Below, in pieces: positions 37,901 through 47,237 of a stretch of DNA of 64,000 nt. This DNA is from an uncultured Nitrospiraceae bacterium. GTDB lineage: Bacteria; Nitrospirota; Thermodesulfovibrionia; Thermodesulfovibrionales; Dissulfurispiraceae. Within the stretch, counting starts at the first letter, position 1. Every line of letters starts with the position of its first letter. The stretch covers positions 864,001-928,000 of the forward strand of contig CAVSHF010000003.1 of assembly GCA_963727805.1 (NCBI GenBank), read 5' to 3'. Below the pieces are notes generated by a model, which was not told the origin of the DNA, did no database searches, and saw nothing but the letters and a program-made list of their open reading frames with translations. The position numbers and the translations under genes were made by a program.

Positions 37901-38678
37901 GATAGAACAGGTGCTCATGAATCTCACAACTAATGCCAGGGACGCGATGCCCAATGGGGGTAGGCTCATCTTACGTACGGAAGTTGTTGAAGTGGATGAT
38001 TCCCTCATCCAGAATCTTGGCTACGGTAAGCCGGGAAAGTATGCGCTTCTTTCCGTATCGGACACCGGTATTGGGATAAAACAAGAAAATATGGCGAAGA
38101 TCTTCGACCCCTTTTTTACTACCAAGAAGACTGGGAAGGGCACAGGTCTCGGGCTGGCTATGGTATACGGAATTATTAAGCAGCACGGAGGATATATCAA
38201 TGTCTACAGTGAACCCGACAAAGGAGCTATCTTTAGGATATATCTTCCGGCAACTCAGACAAAAGAAGAACTCCTCGTTAATAGATCTATCGAAACGCCA
38301 CTGACAGGCGGCACTGAAACCGTCCTTGTGGCAGAAGATGATGAGAAATTGCGCAAACTCTCAGAAATCGTCCTCACACAAAATGGTTATAAAGTGATTC
38401 TTGCACGAGATGGGGAACAGGCAGTACAAAAGTTTATCGAATATAAGGATAGAATTCAGCTTGTCATCATCGACATGATCATGCCTAAGAAAAGCGGTAA
38501 AGATACGTACGAAGAAATAAAAGCAATCAGACCTGACATAAAGGTACTATTTTCAAGTGGATATACTGGGGATCGGATTGAAAGCTTATTTTTTGGTAAG
38601 GAAGACTTGCATTTCATTAACAAGCCGGTCTCACCCAAGGATCTACTGAGAAAGGTGAGAGAAGTACTGGATAATTGA
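34956..38678 (+). CDS. Hybrid sensor kinase (GAF-PAS-PAS-PAS-GAF-PAS-HisKA-HATPase-REC)
   Basis: [35 protein letters not shown], C-terminal REC. Confidence 0.95.
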   Translation: [1240 protein letters not shown]

Positions 38679-38770
38679 CATCCTCCACGGTCTGAATACC
38701 GAGGCTTCCCGTCTCATACAGCAAGTTGAGACCTTAATTCATGTTTCTTAGAGTGGCCTGATGAAGCGGC
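38675..38770 (-). mobile_element. IS200/IS605 (tnpB-type) right-end remnant
   Basis: Minus strand ...GGGAAGCCTCGGTATTCAGACCGTGGAGGATGTCAA; homologous to 45206-45300. Confidence 0.6.
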
Positions 38771-38878
38771 CGAGATGCTGAAAGATACATATTATTCTTT
38801 TTATTAAGGAGCAAAGGACGTTCCGGATAAAAAATACGGCCAACATTAGAGCAGTCAGTGCCGTATGCAGAATACTTA

Positions 38879-40171
38879 TTAGAACCTGTATGTAATGCTT
38901 AGCGAGGCAATATGCAGATGAGACTTATACTCGCCGTTGGCAGCTGTCGTTGCATTGAAAGTGCCATCGTTGGGGTTGTCGTCGATGGTATTATTTTTTG
39001 TACGCTTTTGAAGGATTTGATATCCATATCCTGCTGCAAGACTCAGAGATTTCAGCTTTATCTCACTTCCGATCGTAAAGAGATGACCATCTGAATCGGG
39101 GATCGCTGGCTCAAACGTACTCGCCGGAACCGCACCGCGTTGATAAAGATATCCGCCGAGAAGAGCAACAGGCTTTGTCAGTTGGTATTTTAGGCCGATC
39201 ATGCCAGACCACGTATCGCGCCAATTCCGTTCCGAAATAACATCAGAACTGCCGACCACGGGTTGGCCCAACTGCAGGTCGAGTTGCTTGAACAATGACC
39301 ACTGCTCCCATCGTGTTGCAATCTCGAAAGTTAAAGGATAAAGCTGTTTAAAATAAATACCGGCATATGCTTGGGCAGGAAGGTCCAGCTTTGTAGTTGC
39401 GGATGTATTTGGAAACAACGGCCCGAGTATTGGAGCAACGGCGGCAGGGATGCCAAAGGTTACATTCCCATCGAGATCTGTACGAACTCTACTGCGATAG
39501 GAAAGGCCAATATTCACGTCTTTGGTCGGCTCTAATAAAAGACCGGCGTTAAATCCGAGACCGGAGCCAGTAGCATGGAATTTCTGGGTGCCGTCCGGCA
39601 GCGCAAGTCCTGGTACTGAGAAGTTAAGATGACGTTCAAGAGTCGTGTCCACATACATATAAACCAACCCGCCAGCCACTGTGATCCATGGAGCAAGACA
39701 AACCGATGCAACCGGATTAAAGGCAATGCTGGTCAATTTCGAATTTGTGGCGATATAACGACCTTCCCAGTTATCGGGCCATTTTGTCCCCAATCCAAAT
39801 GGACTAAAAACCCCAAATCCTACGCTGAATTTGTCATTCACAGCTTGGGTGACGTAGAAGGTTGACGGAAAGAAGACCTGTGACTCTGTTTTTGTGGTCT
39901 GTCCTGTCAAAGCACTTTTAAACTCTCGTGTGGGGCTGATAAGCGTTGTTTCGGCCTCAACCTGGGTACCCGTCAATTGATTGATGAGTGACGGATTATA
40001 GAAGATGGCAGAGGGATTATCCGAATGCGCTATAGTTGCCGCAGCTTGCGCTGTGCTAGAACTGTCCTGTGTGAAGATGCCGAACCCTGAACTGAACGAG
40101 TCGGTGACACTAATTGCGAGCACCGACACTATGATCAAGATCAGAATTGTTATACGATGTCTTTTTGTCAT
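38879..40171 (-). CDS. OmpP1/FadL/TodX outer-membrane hydrophobic-compound transporter
   Basis: Signal peptide; SGF..., DNPSAIFYNP, PFGLGTKW, PAIPD; C-terminal YRF. Confidence 0.9.
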   Translation of the reverse strand: MTKRHRITILILIIVSVLAISVTDSFSSGFGIFTQDSSSTAQAAATIAHSDNPSAIFYNPSLINQLTGTQVEAETTLISPTREFKSALTGQTTKTESQVFFPSTFYVTQAVNDKFSVGFGVFSPFGLGTKWPDNWEGRYIATNSKLTSIAFNPVASVCLAPWITVAGGLVYMYVDTTLERHLNFSVPGLALPDGTQKFHATGSGLGFNAGLLLEPTKDVNIGLSYRSRVRTDLDGNVTFGIPAAVAPILGPLFPNTSATTKLDLPAQAYAGIYFKQLYPLTFEIATRWEQWSLFKQLDLQLGQPVVGSSDVISERNWRDTWSGMIGLKYQLTKPVALLGGYLYQRGAVPASTFEPAIPDSDGHLFTIGSEIKLKSLSLAAGYGYQILQKRTKNNTIDDNPNDGTFNATTAANGEYKSHLHIASLSITYRF

Positions 40172-40266
40172 GGTCCCCCCCTTGGCAGTGCAAATTTATA
40201 CCGCATTGCTAAAAAGCGTGCTGAGGTATTATATTCTATATCGACAAGTTAACGAAATTCTTTACC

Positions 40267-41091
40267 GTGGAGGAGCGGGTGACGTCTAAGATTACTGGAT
40301 ATCTGATGGAAAGTTGTGACGAGGCTATAAGGCTGGACAAAAAAACCGAGGAGACCGTTGTTGAAAAGCAAGCTACTTGGGCTGGCTTGAAGTCCGGAAT
40401 GAGTGTTGCCGATGTGTGCTGTGGCTCCGGGAAGACTACGTCGGTTCTTCACAGGATCGTTTGCCCAACTGGTCAAGCCATTGGAATAGATGCCTCAGAG
40501 CAAAGAATTGCATATGCCCGCAAACACTATGGAAAAGCGCGACTTGATTTTGTCTGCAGGGATATCAAAGGACCTGTAGCGGATATCGGCAAATTTGATC
40601 TTGTGTGGGTAAGATTCGCCCTTGAATATTTCCGCGAGGAAGCCTTTGACTTAGTCAGCAATATCTCGTCCCTTGTCCGGCCAGGGGGCATCTTGTGCCT
40701 AATCGATCTTGATCACAACTGCCTTAATCATTATCAGATGCCGGAGAGGCTGGAGCGGACCGTATTTGATATATCTAGACAACTCACGATGAAGGCGAAC
40801 TTTGATCCGTACTCCGGCAGGAAACTTTATTCACACTTATATCGTCTCGGGTATGCAGATATTGAGGTCGATATCGGTGCTCACCATTTAATTGTAGGGG
40901 AACTCAAAGAGCACGAGGCTTATAACTGGCTGAAAAAGGTGGAAATGATATTCCACAAATTAAACTATAGCTTTCCAGAATATCCAGGTGGACATCAAGA
41001 ATTTCATGATGAGTTTTGGAGTTTCTTCATGGCTCCAGAGAGGTTTACGTATACCCCGATTATTTGTTGCCGGGGTAGACGTCCGGAATAG
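40267..41091 (+). CDS. Class I SAM-dependent methyltransferase
   Basis: VADVCCGSG, IGIDAS, FDLV, VRPGG motifs. Confidence 0.88.
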   Translation: MEERVTSKITGYLMESCDEAIRLDKKTEETVVEKQATWAGLKSGMSVADVCCGSGKTTSVLHRIVCPTGQAIGIDASEQRIAYARKHYGKARLDFVCRDIKGPVADIGKFDLVWVRFALEYFREEAFDLVSNISSLVRPGGILCLIDLDHNCLNHYQMPERLERTVFDISRQLTMKANFDPYSGRKLYSHLYRLGYADIEVDIGAHHLIVGELKEHEAYNWLKKVEMIFHKLNYSFPEYPGGHQEFHDEFWSFFMAPERFTYTPIICCRGRRPE

Positions 41092-43015
41092 ATATTGGCC
41101 GATCTACGAGACTCGCTTCGTATTCGTTATGAAGATATCGGAGAAAGGCGTCTGTTACTTCGCTATCGTAGTGTTTGTCTCTCTGCTCCTCAAGCAGTTT
41201 GACTGCTTTTTCAAAAGGAATCGGCTCACGGTAATGTCTCTTGGCTGTTACCGCTTCAAAGAAATCTGCTACAGCTATAATACGCGCTCCTAATGGAATC
41301 TCATCACCCTTAAGCCCTCTTGGATATCCAGAACCATCAATCTTTTCGTGATGAGCACCAGCTATTTCAGGGACATCCTTGTAAAGCCCTTCAAAGCCGA
41401 TCCGTCTCAATATTACCATGGTTTTTTCGGCATGAGTTTGAATCTCTTTATACTCCAGGGGAGAAAGAGGCCCCGTTTTCTTCAGGATTACATCGTCGAT
41501 TCCAATCTTGCCGTAATCATGAAGCAGAGATGCTACGCGTATCGTTTCTGTCATGTCGGCTGGGATATTCATTTCTCTACAAATACCCATAGCGAAGACC
41601 GTTACCTTTTCAGAGTGACCGGCCGTGAGAAAGTCCCTGGCGTCGATAGACGCAGCCAGTGTTGCCAGAATATCATGGAACTGTTTTTTTCGTGCCACAT
41701 TTAGGGAATAATTATGCATTGCTATGGCGATTTCAGGACATATCCCCATAAGGAGATTCAGGTCGCTTTGCAATAATGGACGATTGGTCGTCACATTGTC
41801 GACCGCGAGAACTCCTATGCTTTCCTCTTCGTAGATAATTGGACAGCAGCAGAAAGCCTTTGTTCCCATGGCCTTCGCAAAGGCAAGACTACGATCTGAA
41901 AGGGTTTGAGCAATTTCACCGATGTCATTAATCAAAAAAGGCTTCTGATCGTAGAATGCACGGACAAAAACGCCCGTGGAGGATTTATTAAGTTGAAAGC
42001 TCGCATCCTTAAGCGAATTAATCTGTTCATCCTGATACCCAAATCCTGCGCTGAATATCAGCTGAGTTTTGTCATCATTAGCAAGCATGATCATGCCTCG
42101 CTCGTAATCAAGACGATTCGAAAGTATGTGTACGACCTTATCCAAAATATCCGTAGTTGACTGCTGCTTGCTCAGTGCTAATCCTATTTCGTTAACAACT
42201 AAAGCATTATTATAATTCACTTTAATTTGTTCCATTAGCTGGTCCTGTGAACCTCTGATATGATCGAGTGCCGTTAATAGTTCGTCGTGCTCCAAACTCA
42301 TTACATTCATATTCAAAAGCAGGATGATACCAAAGGCAATCGGCACTAGCGTCATTAGCGTGAACGCGGGATAGGAAAGACTGCTCAAGAAGCAAGCAGT
42401 CGCGAGGAGAAGCGTTGCTGCATTCCGATATTTCTTCCTGCTATCGGACTGCACCTCTGTCCATGATATTTCGTACTTGCAAACAGCATCCCCCTTGAAC
42501 ATACATTGCGGATGTTCTATTTTTGGCATCTTATGTCCGAAAGCCATAGTTATTGCCTCGAAGTAACCAAGGCGATTTTCACACTGGAAAGGCCGTTCCT
42601 GGTATTCAGCTTTTGGAGTAACCGTTATTTCGACAATATTGGGTGCAATCCGCTTTGCCTGACACGTAGCGCTTCTTACAAACTGCGGCATCCATTTGCC
42701 GACGAGCTCATAAGCCCTTGCGGGACCGACAAGGCCAAGGATATAAGGCCGGAGAACTCCTACTGCATCTGGAGAATTTCCATAACGACCAGCCTCTCTT
42801 GCGATGTTGTCATTACCCGAAAGCTTTACGAGTCGGTCATAAAATCGATCTATCTGCTCCTGTGTAAACCAGTGCCCTTCATCATTGACCTGGTAAGGTT
42901 CCATCCCCGCATAGTGAAGCAATTCTCCGATGTCTATGTAGGTGTATTTATTCTTTATGAATTTGACATAAGTATTTATGATCCGACTATTGTAGATGCC
43001 CAGATTATCTGTCAT
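41060..43015 (-). CDS. HD-GYP c-di-GMP phosphodiesterase with N-terminal V4R-like domain, 2 TM and GAF
   Basis: HDYGK, HHEKIDGSGYP, ARIIAVAD; V4R-like CENRLG...HPQCMFKGDAVCKY. Confidence 0.88.
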   Translation of the reverse strand: MTDNLGIYNSRIINTYVKFIKNKYTYIDIGELLHYAGMEPYQVNDEGHWFTQEQIDRFYDRLVKLSGNDNIAREAGRYGNSPDAVGVLRPYILGLVGPARAYELVGKWMPQFVRSATCQAKRIAPNIVEITVTPKAEYQERPFQCENRLGYFEAITMAFGHKMPKIEHPQCMFKGDAVCKYEISWTEVQSDSRKKYRNAATLLLATACFLSSLSYPAFTLMTLVPIAFGIILLLNMNVMSLEHDELLTALDHIRGSQDQLMEQIKVNYNNALVVNEIGLALSKQQSTTDILDKVVHILSNRLDYERGMIMLANDDKTQLIFSAGFGYQDEQINSLKDASFQLNKSSTGVFVRAFYDQKPFLINDIGEIAQTLSDRSLAFAKAMGTKAFCCCPIIYEEESIGVLAVDNVTTNRPLLQSDLNLLMGICPEIAIAMHNYSLNVARKKQFHDILATLAASIDARDFLTAGHSEKVTVFAMGICREMNIPADMTETIRVASLLHDYGKIGIDDVILKKTGPLSPLEYKEIQTHAEKTMVILRRIGFEGLYKDVPEIAGAHHEKIDGSGYPRGLKGDEIPLGARIIAVADFFEAVTAKRHYREPIPFEKAVKLLEEQRDKHYDSEVTDAFLRYLHNEYEASLVDRPISIPDVYPGNK

Positions 43016-43036
43016 TAAATGGCCTCAATAGTACCA

Positions 43037-45097
43037 TTATTCATCATTGTGATGCCTCTGGCCTAATATACTCTCCATATACTTGATAAATGGTTCTGTC
43101 CCCTCCGCAGTAGTTATAGCCCATAAGTTATATATCTTTTCAAAAGGTATCGATTTTTGCATGGCATAATTGGCAGGGAAAATCATCACAGGCACATCGT
43201 TTTCAACATAAAAATGAGCGAGTTCAGAAAGCGCTGAATATAAGAGCTTGACGTCAAGACTTTCGAGCATAACAAACACTTTAATGCAGTTGGTCACATT
43301 GGACATGTTCAAGCCTGTATCGGTCACAGTGACAGCTATCAGTGCTTGTAGGCATCCGTCGACTCGTATGGAAAAGAGATGCCGTTCTCGCTTAAACCCC
43401 ACCTCACGGTATTGATCATTCAAGCCCTCAGCCTCAAGTGTATCGGGTGTGATATCAAGTGCATGCACCATAAGTCCACAATATTTATGCTCATAGAAGC
43501 GCTGGAATTCTATGATGTCAGAGGCTTGAGCTGTAGCCAACTCCCCGACCGTCTTGATCGGAAATCCTGGTTTCAACATATGGAAAAAAGCAAAAGGATC
43601 GATAGAGCAACATCTGGGATTGTTCAATAACTCCTTGAAACCGCCGAAGATTCTGTGCGGGAATCTGTTCTCAGGACGGTAATAAGATATAACGTAATGC
43701 ATGTGACTGGAGTTAAGTAAATAGAAGTTGTTCACATATTGACTTATCTGATTCAGGACGGCCAATCCGGCTTTTAGGCCATTCGACTTAGCCGCATGGT
43801 GGTGGAATAGCCATGTATTCTCATAAGCGCGAAGCATGGCTATGTGTCCGAGTATCTCGCCTCGATCCTGATACGTGAAATGCCGTGCGATGCTAGGACC
43901 GTCAATATATAGTTTTTTATACGTCTGTTTAAAAGATTCTTTGTGTTCGTGCATACTTGCGTATTTCTCGGGATAAATAAAGCCCACTTCGAAAAAAAAT
44001 TGCCATAGTGAATCTAGATCCACCTTGTTGCATGTAAACGCCCTTTTGTCTTGCATCTGTTGTAGGAGCGAGGAAAGGCAAACCTGGTCCTGCATGTCAA
44101 TATCCAAAAAGGCTATACCCGTCTTTACAGAGGCTTTTTCTTCATTGTCACTGATCAAAGATCTATGGACAACCTGAACCCGACAGCGTAGCGTCAGGTT
44201 GTTGGCGAGTTCGATTTTTAATTCTGGTATCACAAGACCAACCATGAGAACCGAACTGTCGTAATACTCCTTGACACTGAATCCAGACCCCGATATTCCA
44301 TCGACACAAAGATTTATCATTTTCCCGGTAAGCGGATGAGTAAAATATATACTTGGTGCAGGCTGCGGGAGGTATCGGGGGCTTCTACTAGTCTTCGACC
44401 GAAAGCGAGGGTGGTTAGAGGCTAATGGTCTCAATATAAGGCGTCTCTGAAGAGTTTCCGCTGTTTGCCGCACTATCATGCAGTCGCCGGAATAAAGTAT
44501 ATCCTTATCATTCTTAAGTATGGTATAGATTTTGTCCTTATCGTTAATCCAGAGAAAAGATTGAGGAGGCGCCGGGCTGACTTCAACACAGAATGTTTCG
44601 GCGCTGAAATCGATGAGTGTCCCCTTAAACAACCCGCTGCTCTGTAATAGCTCAACTGTGACGCCAGTACAAGGATGCCTCTTCACATTGCGCGAACTGA
44701 TTTCGACCCCTTTTTCCGGCAAAATAAAACTTGCCCCCTCGTTAGATATATTTTGAGGTTCGGCAGGGATTGAAATAAACTTCAAACCGTCTGTCACCAG
44801 AAGTTCGACAAAATAGTAGGATCTCCTATCGCGTTGAACATTGCCGGGGGATACCCAAACGCAGCTGACTATATCATCAATGCACGGCAGAGGTTGCGCT
44901 TGGACAGTTATAACGGTATCGAATCTGATATGTCTGAATATTGCAAGAATCATGCCGTCTTGGAAGTGGATATAATTGAGGATATTGGTGAGTTGTTTTT
45001 TGAGGATATCTTTCCCCTCGAGCCTATGGCCGCATTTAAAGCGTCCATCGATTGCATCAAACTTGTCCAAGGCCCCTCCAGACACAAATCTTAACAA
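43037..45097 (-). CDS. Large PilZ-domain-containing protein with uncharacterised (possibly GNAT/acyltransferase-like) C-terminal region
   Basis: RxxxR plus (D/G)xSxxG-like pairs (RNVKR..DFSAE; RSPR..GISGSG); the C-terminal fold is inferred only. Confidence 0.6.
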   Translation of the reverse strand: MLRFVSGGALDKFDAIDGRFKCGHRLEGKDILKKQLTNILNYIHFQDGMILAIFRHIRFDTVITVQAQPLPCIDDIVSCVWVSPGNVQRDRRSYYFVELLVTDGLKFISIPAEPQNISNEGASFILPEKGVEISSRNVKRHPCTGVTVELLQSSGLFKGTLIDFSAETFCVEVSPAPPQSFLWINDKDKIYTILKNDKDILYSGDCMIVRQTAETLQRRLILRPLASNHPRFRSKTSRSPRYLPQPAPSIYFTHPLTGKMINLCVDGISGSGFSVKEYYDSSVLMVGLVIPELKIELANNLTLRCRVQVVHRSLISDNEEKASVKTGIAFLDIDMQDQVCLSSLLQQMQDKRAFTCNKVDLDSLWQFFFEVGFIYPEKYASMHEHKESFKQTYKKLYIDGPSIARHFTYQDRGEILGHIAMLRAYENTWLFHHHAAKSNGLKAGLAVLNQISQYVNNFYLLNSSHMHYVISYYRPENRFPHRIFGGFKELLNNPRCCSIDPFAFFHMLKPGFPIKTVGELATAQASDIIEFQRFYEHKYCGLMVHALDITPDTLEAEGLNDQYREVGFKRERHLFSIRVDGCLQALIAVTVTDTGLNMSNVTNCIKVFVMLESLDVKLLYSALSELAHFYVENDVPVMIFPANYAMQKSIPFEKIYNLWAITTAEGTEPFIKYMESILGQRHHNDE

Positions 45098-45205
45098 GCA
45101 ATCGCGGTCATTCTGCTAACAAAGAATCGCGTAAGCTGCCTTTTATTTTAGGGGAAGGGGGTAGTTAAGTCAACATTATGTACGTTGTTATGTACGTTGT
45201 ATGCT

Positions 45206-45392
45206 TTGATGTTCTCCCCGGCCTGAAGGCCGTGAATTCCCGACTCATGCAGTAAGTCGACACCTTAGTTCGTGTTTCTTCGAGTGGCCTGACGTGCCAT
45301 CTCTCCGCATGCTAACGGGACGCGTCCCATCCCTAGAATATTATTTGCGGCATGCACATCCGCATGCTCTTTGCTTCCGCATGCTTGACTGC
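45206..45392 (-). mobile_element. tnpB C-terminal remnant with IS200/605 right end (omega-RNA region)
   Basis: Minus frame QACGSKEHADVHAANNILGMG (Zn-finger end + RuvC-III); hairpin CACGGCCTTCAGGCCGGG then CATCAA. Confidence 0.75.
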
Positions 45393-45612
45393 GGTGTACT
45401 GCCTGCAATGGCCGAGTTATCCTACTAAATCTGCCTTATTCTCTCACGTTTTCGGCTGCTTTAACGTAATCCTTAAAGTTAATTGTAAACGTCTCTCCAC
45501 ACCACATCGCGTCTTTGGCGTTGATAAGTATGTTTTTTTTAACTCGGTCGTTAGTGCAGGGTCTTCCATAAAACAACTGTTGCGGGTTTTAATCGGTATT
45601 GATTACATACAT

Positions 45613-45816
45613 CTATTTCATGTCCATAGTGTAATACAAGCTATCCTCCCATATAACCAATTTCTGTTCACTCATCCTGATGGACATCAGTTTAATCCGC
45701 TTGCCCTGCTCATTGCACAGGGTATAGGCCCCTAATATCTTCGTAGTGTAGCCCTTCTCCATGGCGTATTTTTCGAATATCTTCCACGCATCGCTTAATG
45801 ATATGACCATTTTCAT
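45613..45816 (-). CDS. Hypothetical protein
   Basis: 67 aa; G-rich RBS-like run before ATG. Confidence 0.45.
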   Translation of the reverse strand: MKMVISLSDAWKIFEKYAMEKGYTTKILGAYTLCNEQGKRIKLMSIRMSEQKLVIWEDSLYYTMDMK

Positions 45817-46296
45817 TGATTCCCCCTTTCAGAAAAACCTCGCAAAAACAGTAACAGTATTTGAGCTAACCCTTTTGGCGATTATTGAACGCGGACGCCC
45901 ATGAATGCACCAAATGATGTGCTGCATATGTGTTGTGCTAGCCTATAGCAGGTTTATTAAGTTTCAATTAAGAATTAATTAAATTATCTTCATTTTCACC
46001 TTAAACATGCGGATTTATATCTGGAACATTGCATGAAGCTGTATTGACCGTAGACCGTAGAATGATATCAGGAAGTAGTTACTTGCAATTTTTTAATTTG
46101 GAACCAACTTTGCCCCATCCCGAGGGTGGTAGTTTTCTGTTACAAGGGTTCAGGCAAACACCGAAACGAATGCATGAATACTGCCGCAATAGATCTCCCG
46201 AATGAATCCAGGATCGTTGTCTAAAATTATGCGGTATATACAAAAGTCATAAAAGTCGCTATATTGATATGAAATAGCTCATAACACGGAGGTAAG

Positions 46297-46524
46297 ATGG
46301 CAATAAAGAAAAAGATATCGACTGCAAAGGAAGCAAAGGAGACCAAGCCCAAAAAGCTTGTGAAAAAGACATCACCGAAGAAGCAGAAAGATCTCAAAGC
46401 GGGTGGCCATTACCAATGTGGCGTCTGCGGCCTTGCCGTAACCGTCAACGAGGTGTGCGGGTGCGTCGATTTTTGTGACATAATCTGTTGCGGCGAACAG
46501 ATGAAGTCTTTGAAGCACAAATAA
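46297..46524 (+). CDS. Small Cys-rich metal-binding protein (desulforedoxin-like C-terminus, Lys-rich N-terminus)
   Basis: YQCGVCG...CGC..C.IICCGEQM; GGAGG RBS. Confidence 0.75.
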   Translation: MAIKKKISTAKEAKETKPKKLVKKTSPKKQKDLKAGGHYQCGVCGLAVTVNEVCGCVDFCDIICCGEQMKSLKHK

Positions 46525-46538
46525 AAGGAGGAGGGAAG

Positions 46539-46910
46539 ATGAAACAATCGACAGTTACTCTTTTGGCAGTTTTTGTTGCTGTGGCTATCGCAGTGGTTGC
46601 CTTCGCGGCGTCAAATGGCGTAATGGACGTTAAGCCAGGAGATGAGATTTATGTTTGTGCATGCGGTGAGACCTGTCCCTGCGATACTATGTCGAGGAAT
46701 CCCGGCAAATGCAGCTGTGGGAAGGATATGGTAAAAGTAACCGTCACGAAAGTCGAAAATGGTATGGTCTATGTTGACGGTGGGAAAAAAGTCTACAAGC
46801 AGAAGGGAAAATATACATGCGCATGCGGTGATCAGTGCAAATGTGACACGATCAGCCAAAACCCTGGCAAGTGCAGCTGTGGGAAAGATATGGTCCCTGC
46901 AAAGCCATAG
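46539..46910 (+). CDS. Exported protein with two Cys-rich heavy-metal-binding-like repeats
   Basis: Signal peptide; Y.CACG..C.CDT.S.NPGKCSCGKDMV twice. Confidence 0.8.
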   Translation: MKQSTVTLLAVFVAVAIAVVAFAASNGVMDVKPGDEIYVCACGETCPCDTMSRNPGKCSCGKDMVKVTVTKVENGMVYVDGGKKVYKQKGKYTCACGDQCKCDTISQNPGKCSCGKDMVPAKP

Positions 46911-46924
46911 AAAGTTTTTTGCGG

Positions 46925-46955
46925 AGGAGGCTGGCTTCTGCCCAGCCTCCTTTTT
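46925..46955 (+). terminator. Rho-independent terminator
   Basis: AGGAGGCTGG-loop-CCAGCCTCCT followed by a T run. Confidence 0.8.
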
Positions 46956-47237
46956 ATCTGCTGCACTGAGACAATTGCTTCAATCCCCTTCGATGAACAT
47001 CTGCATACTGCTGAATAATAGAGTATGATTGGAAGATTTCAGTATTGAACTTAAAAGACTCGGCGCCTGAAAGGATATTTAACCGCGACAGGACATTAGG
47101 TCCACGTTCCGGGTCTGGCACGCCTTGATTACTGCATTTGAAATTCATTCTGCGCTCGGGAAATCTGTCTCCTCCTTGATACCGAAATGATATGGTAAAA
47201 CGTGCGCAAAGTCGCTGCATTACTAGCCTTAGATACT

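Noticed and set aside
46140..46200. GGCAAAC..GAAA resembling a c-di-GMP-I riboswitch
   Set aside because: The downstream GACGCAAAGC and second stem are absent
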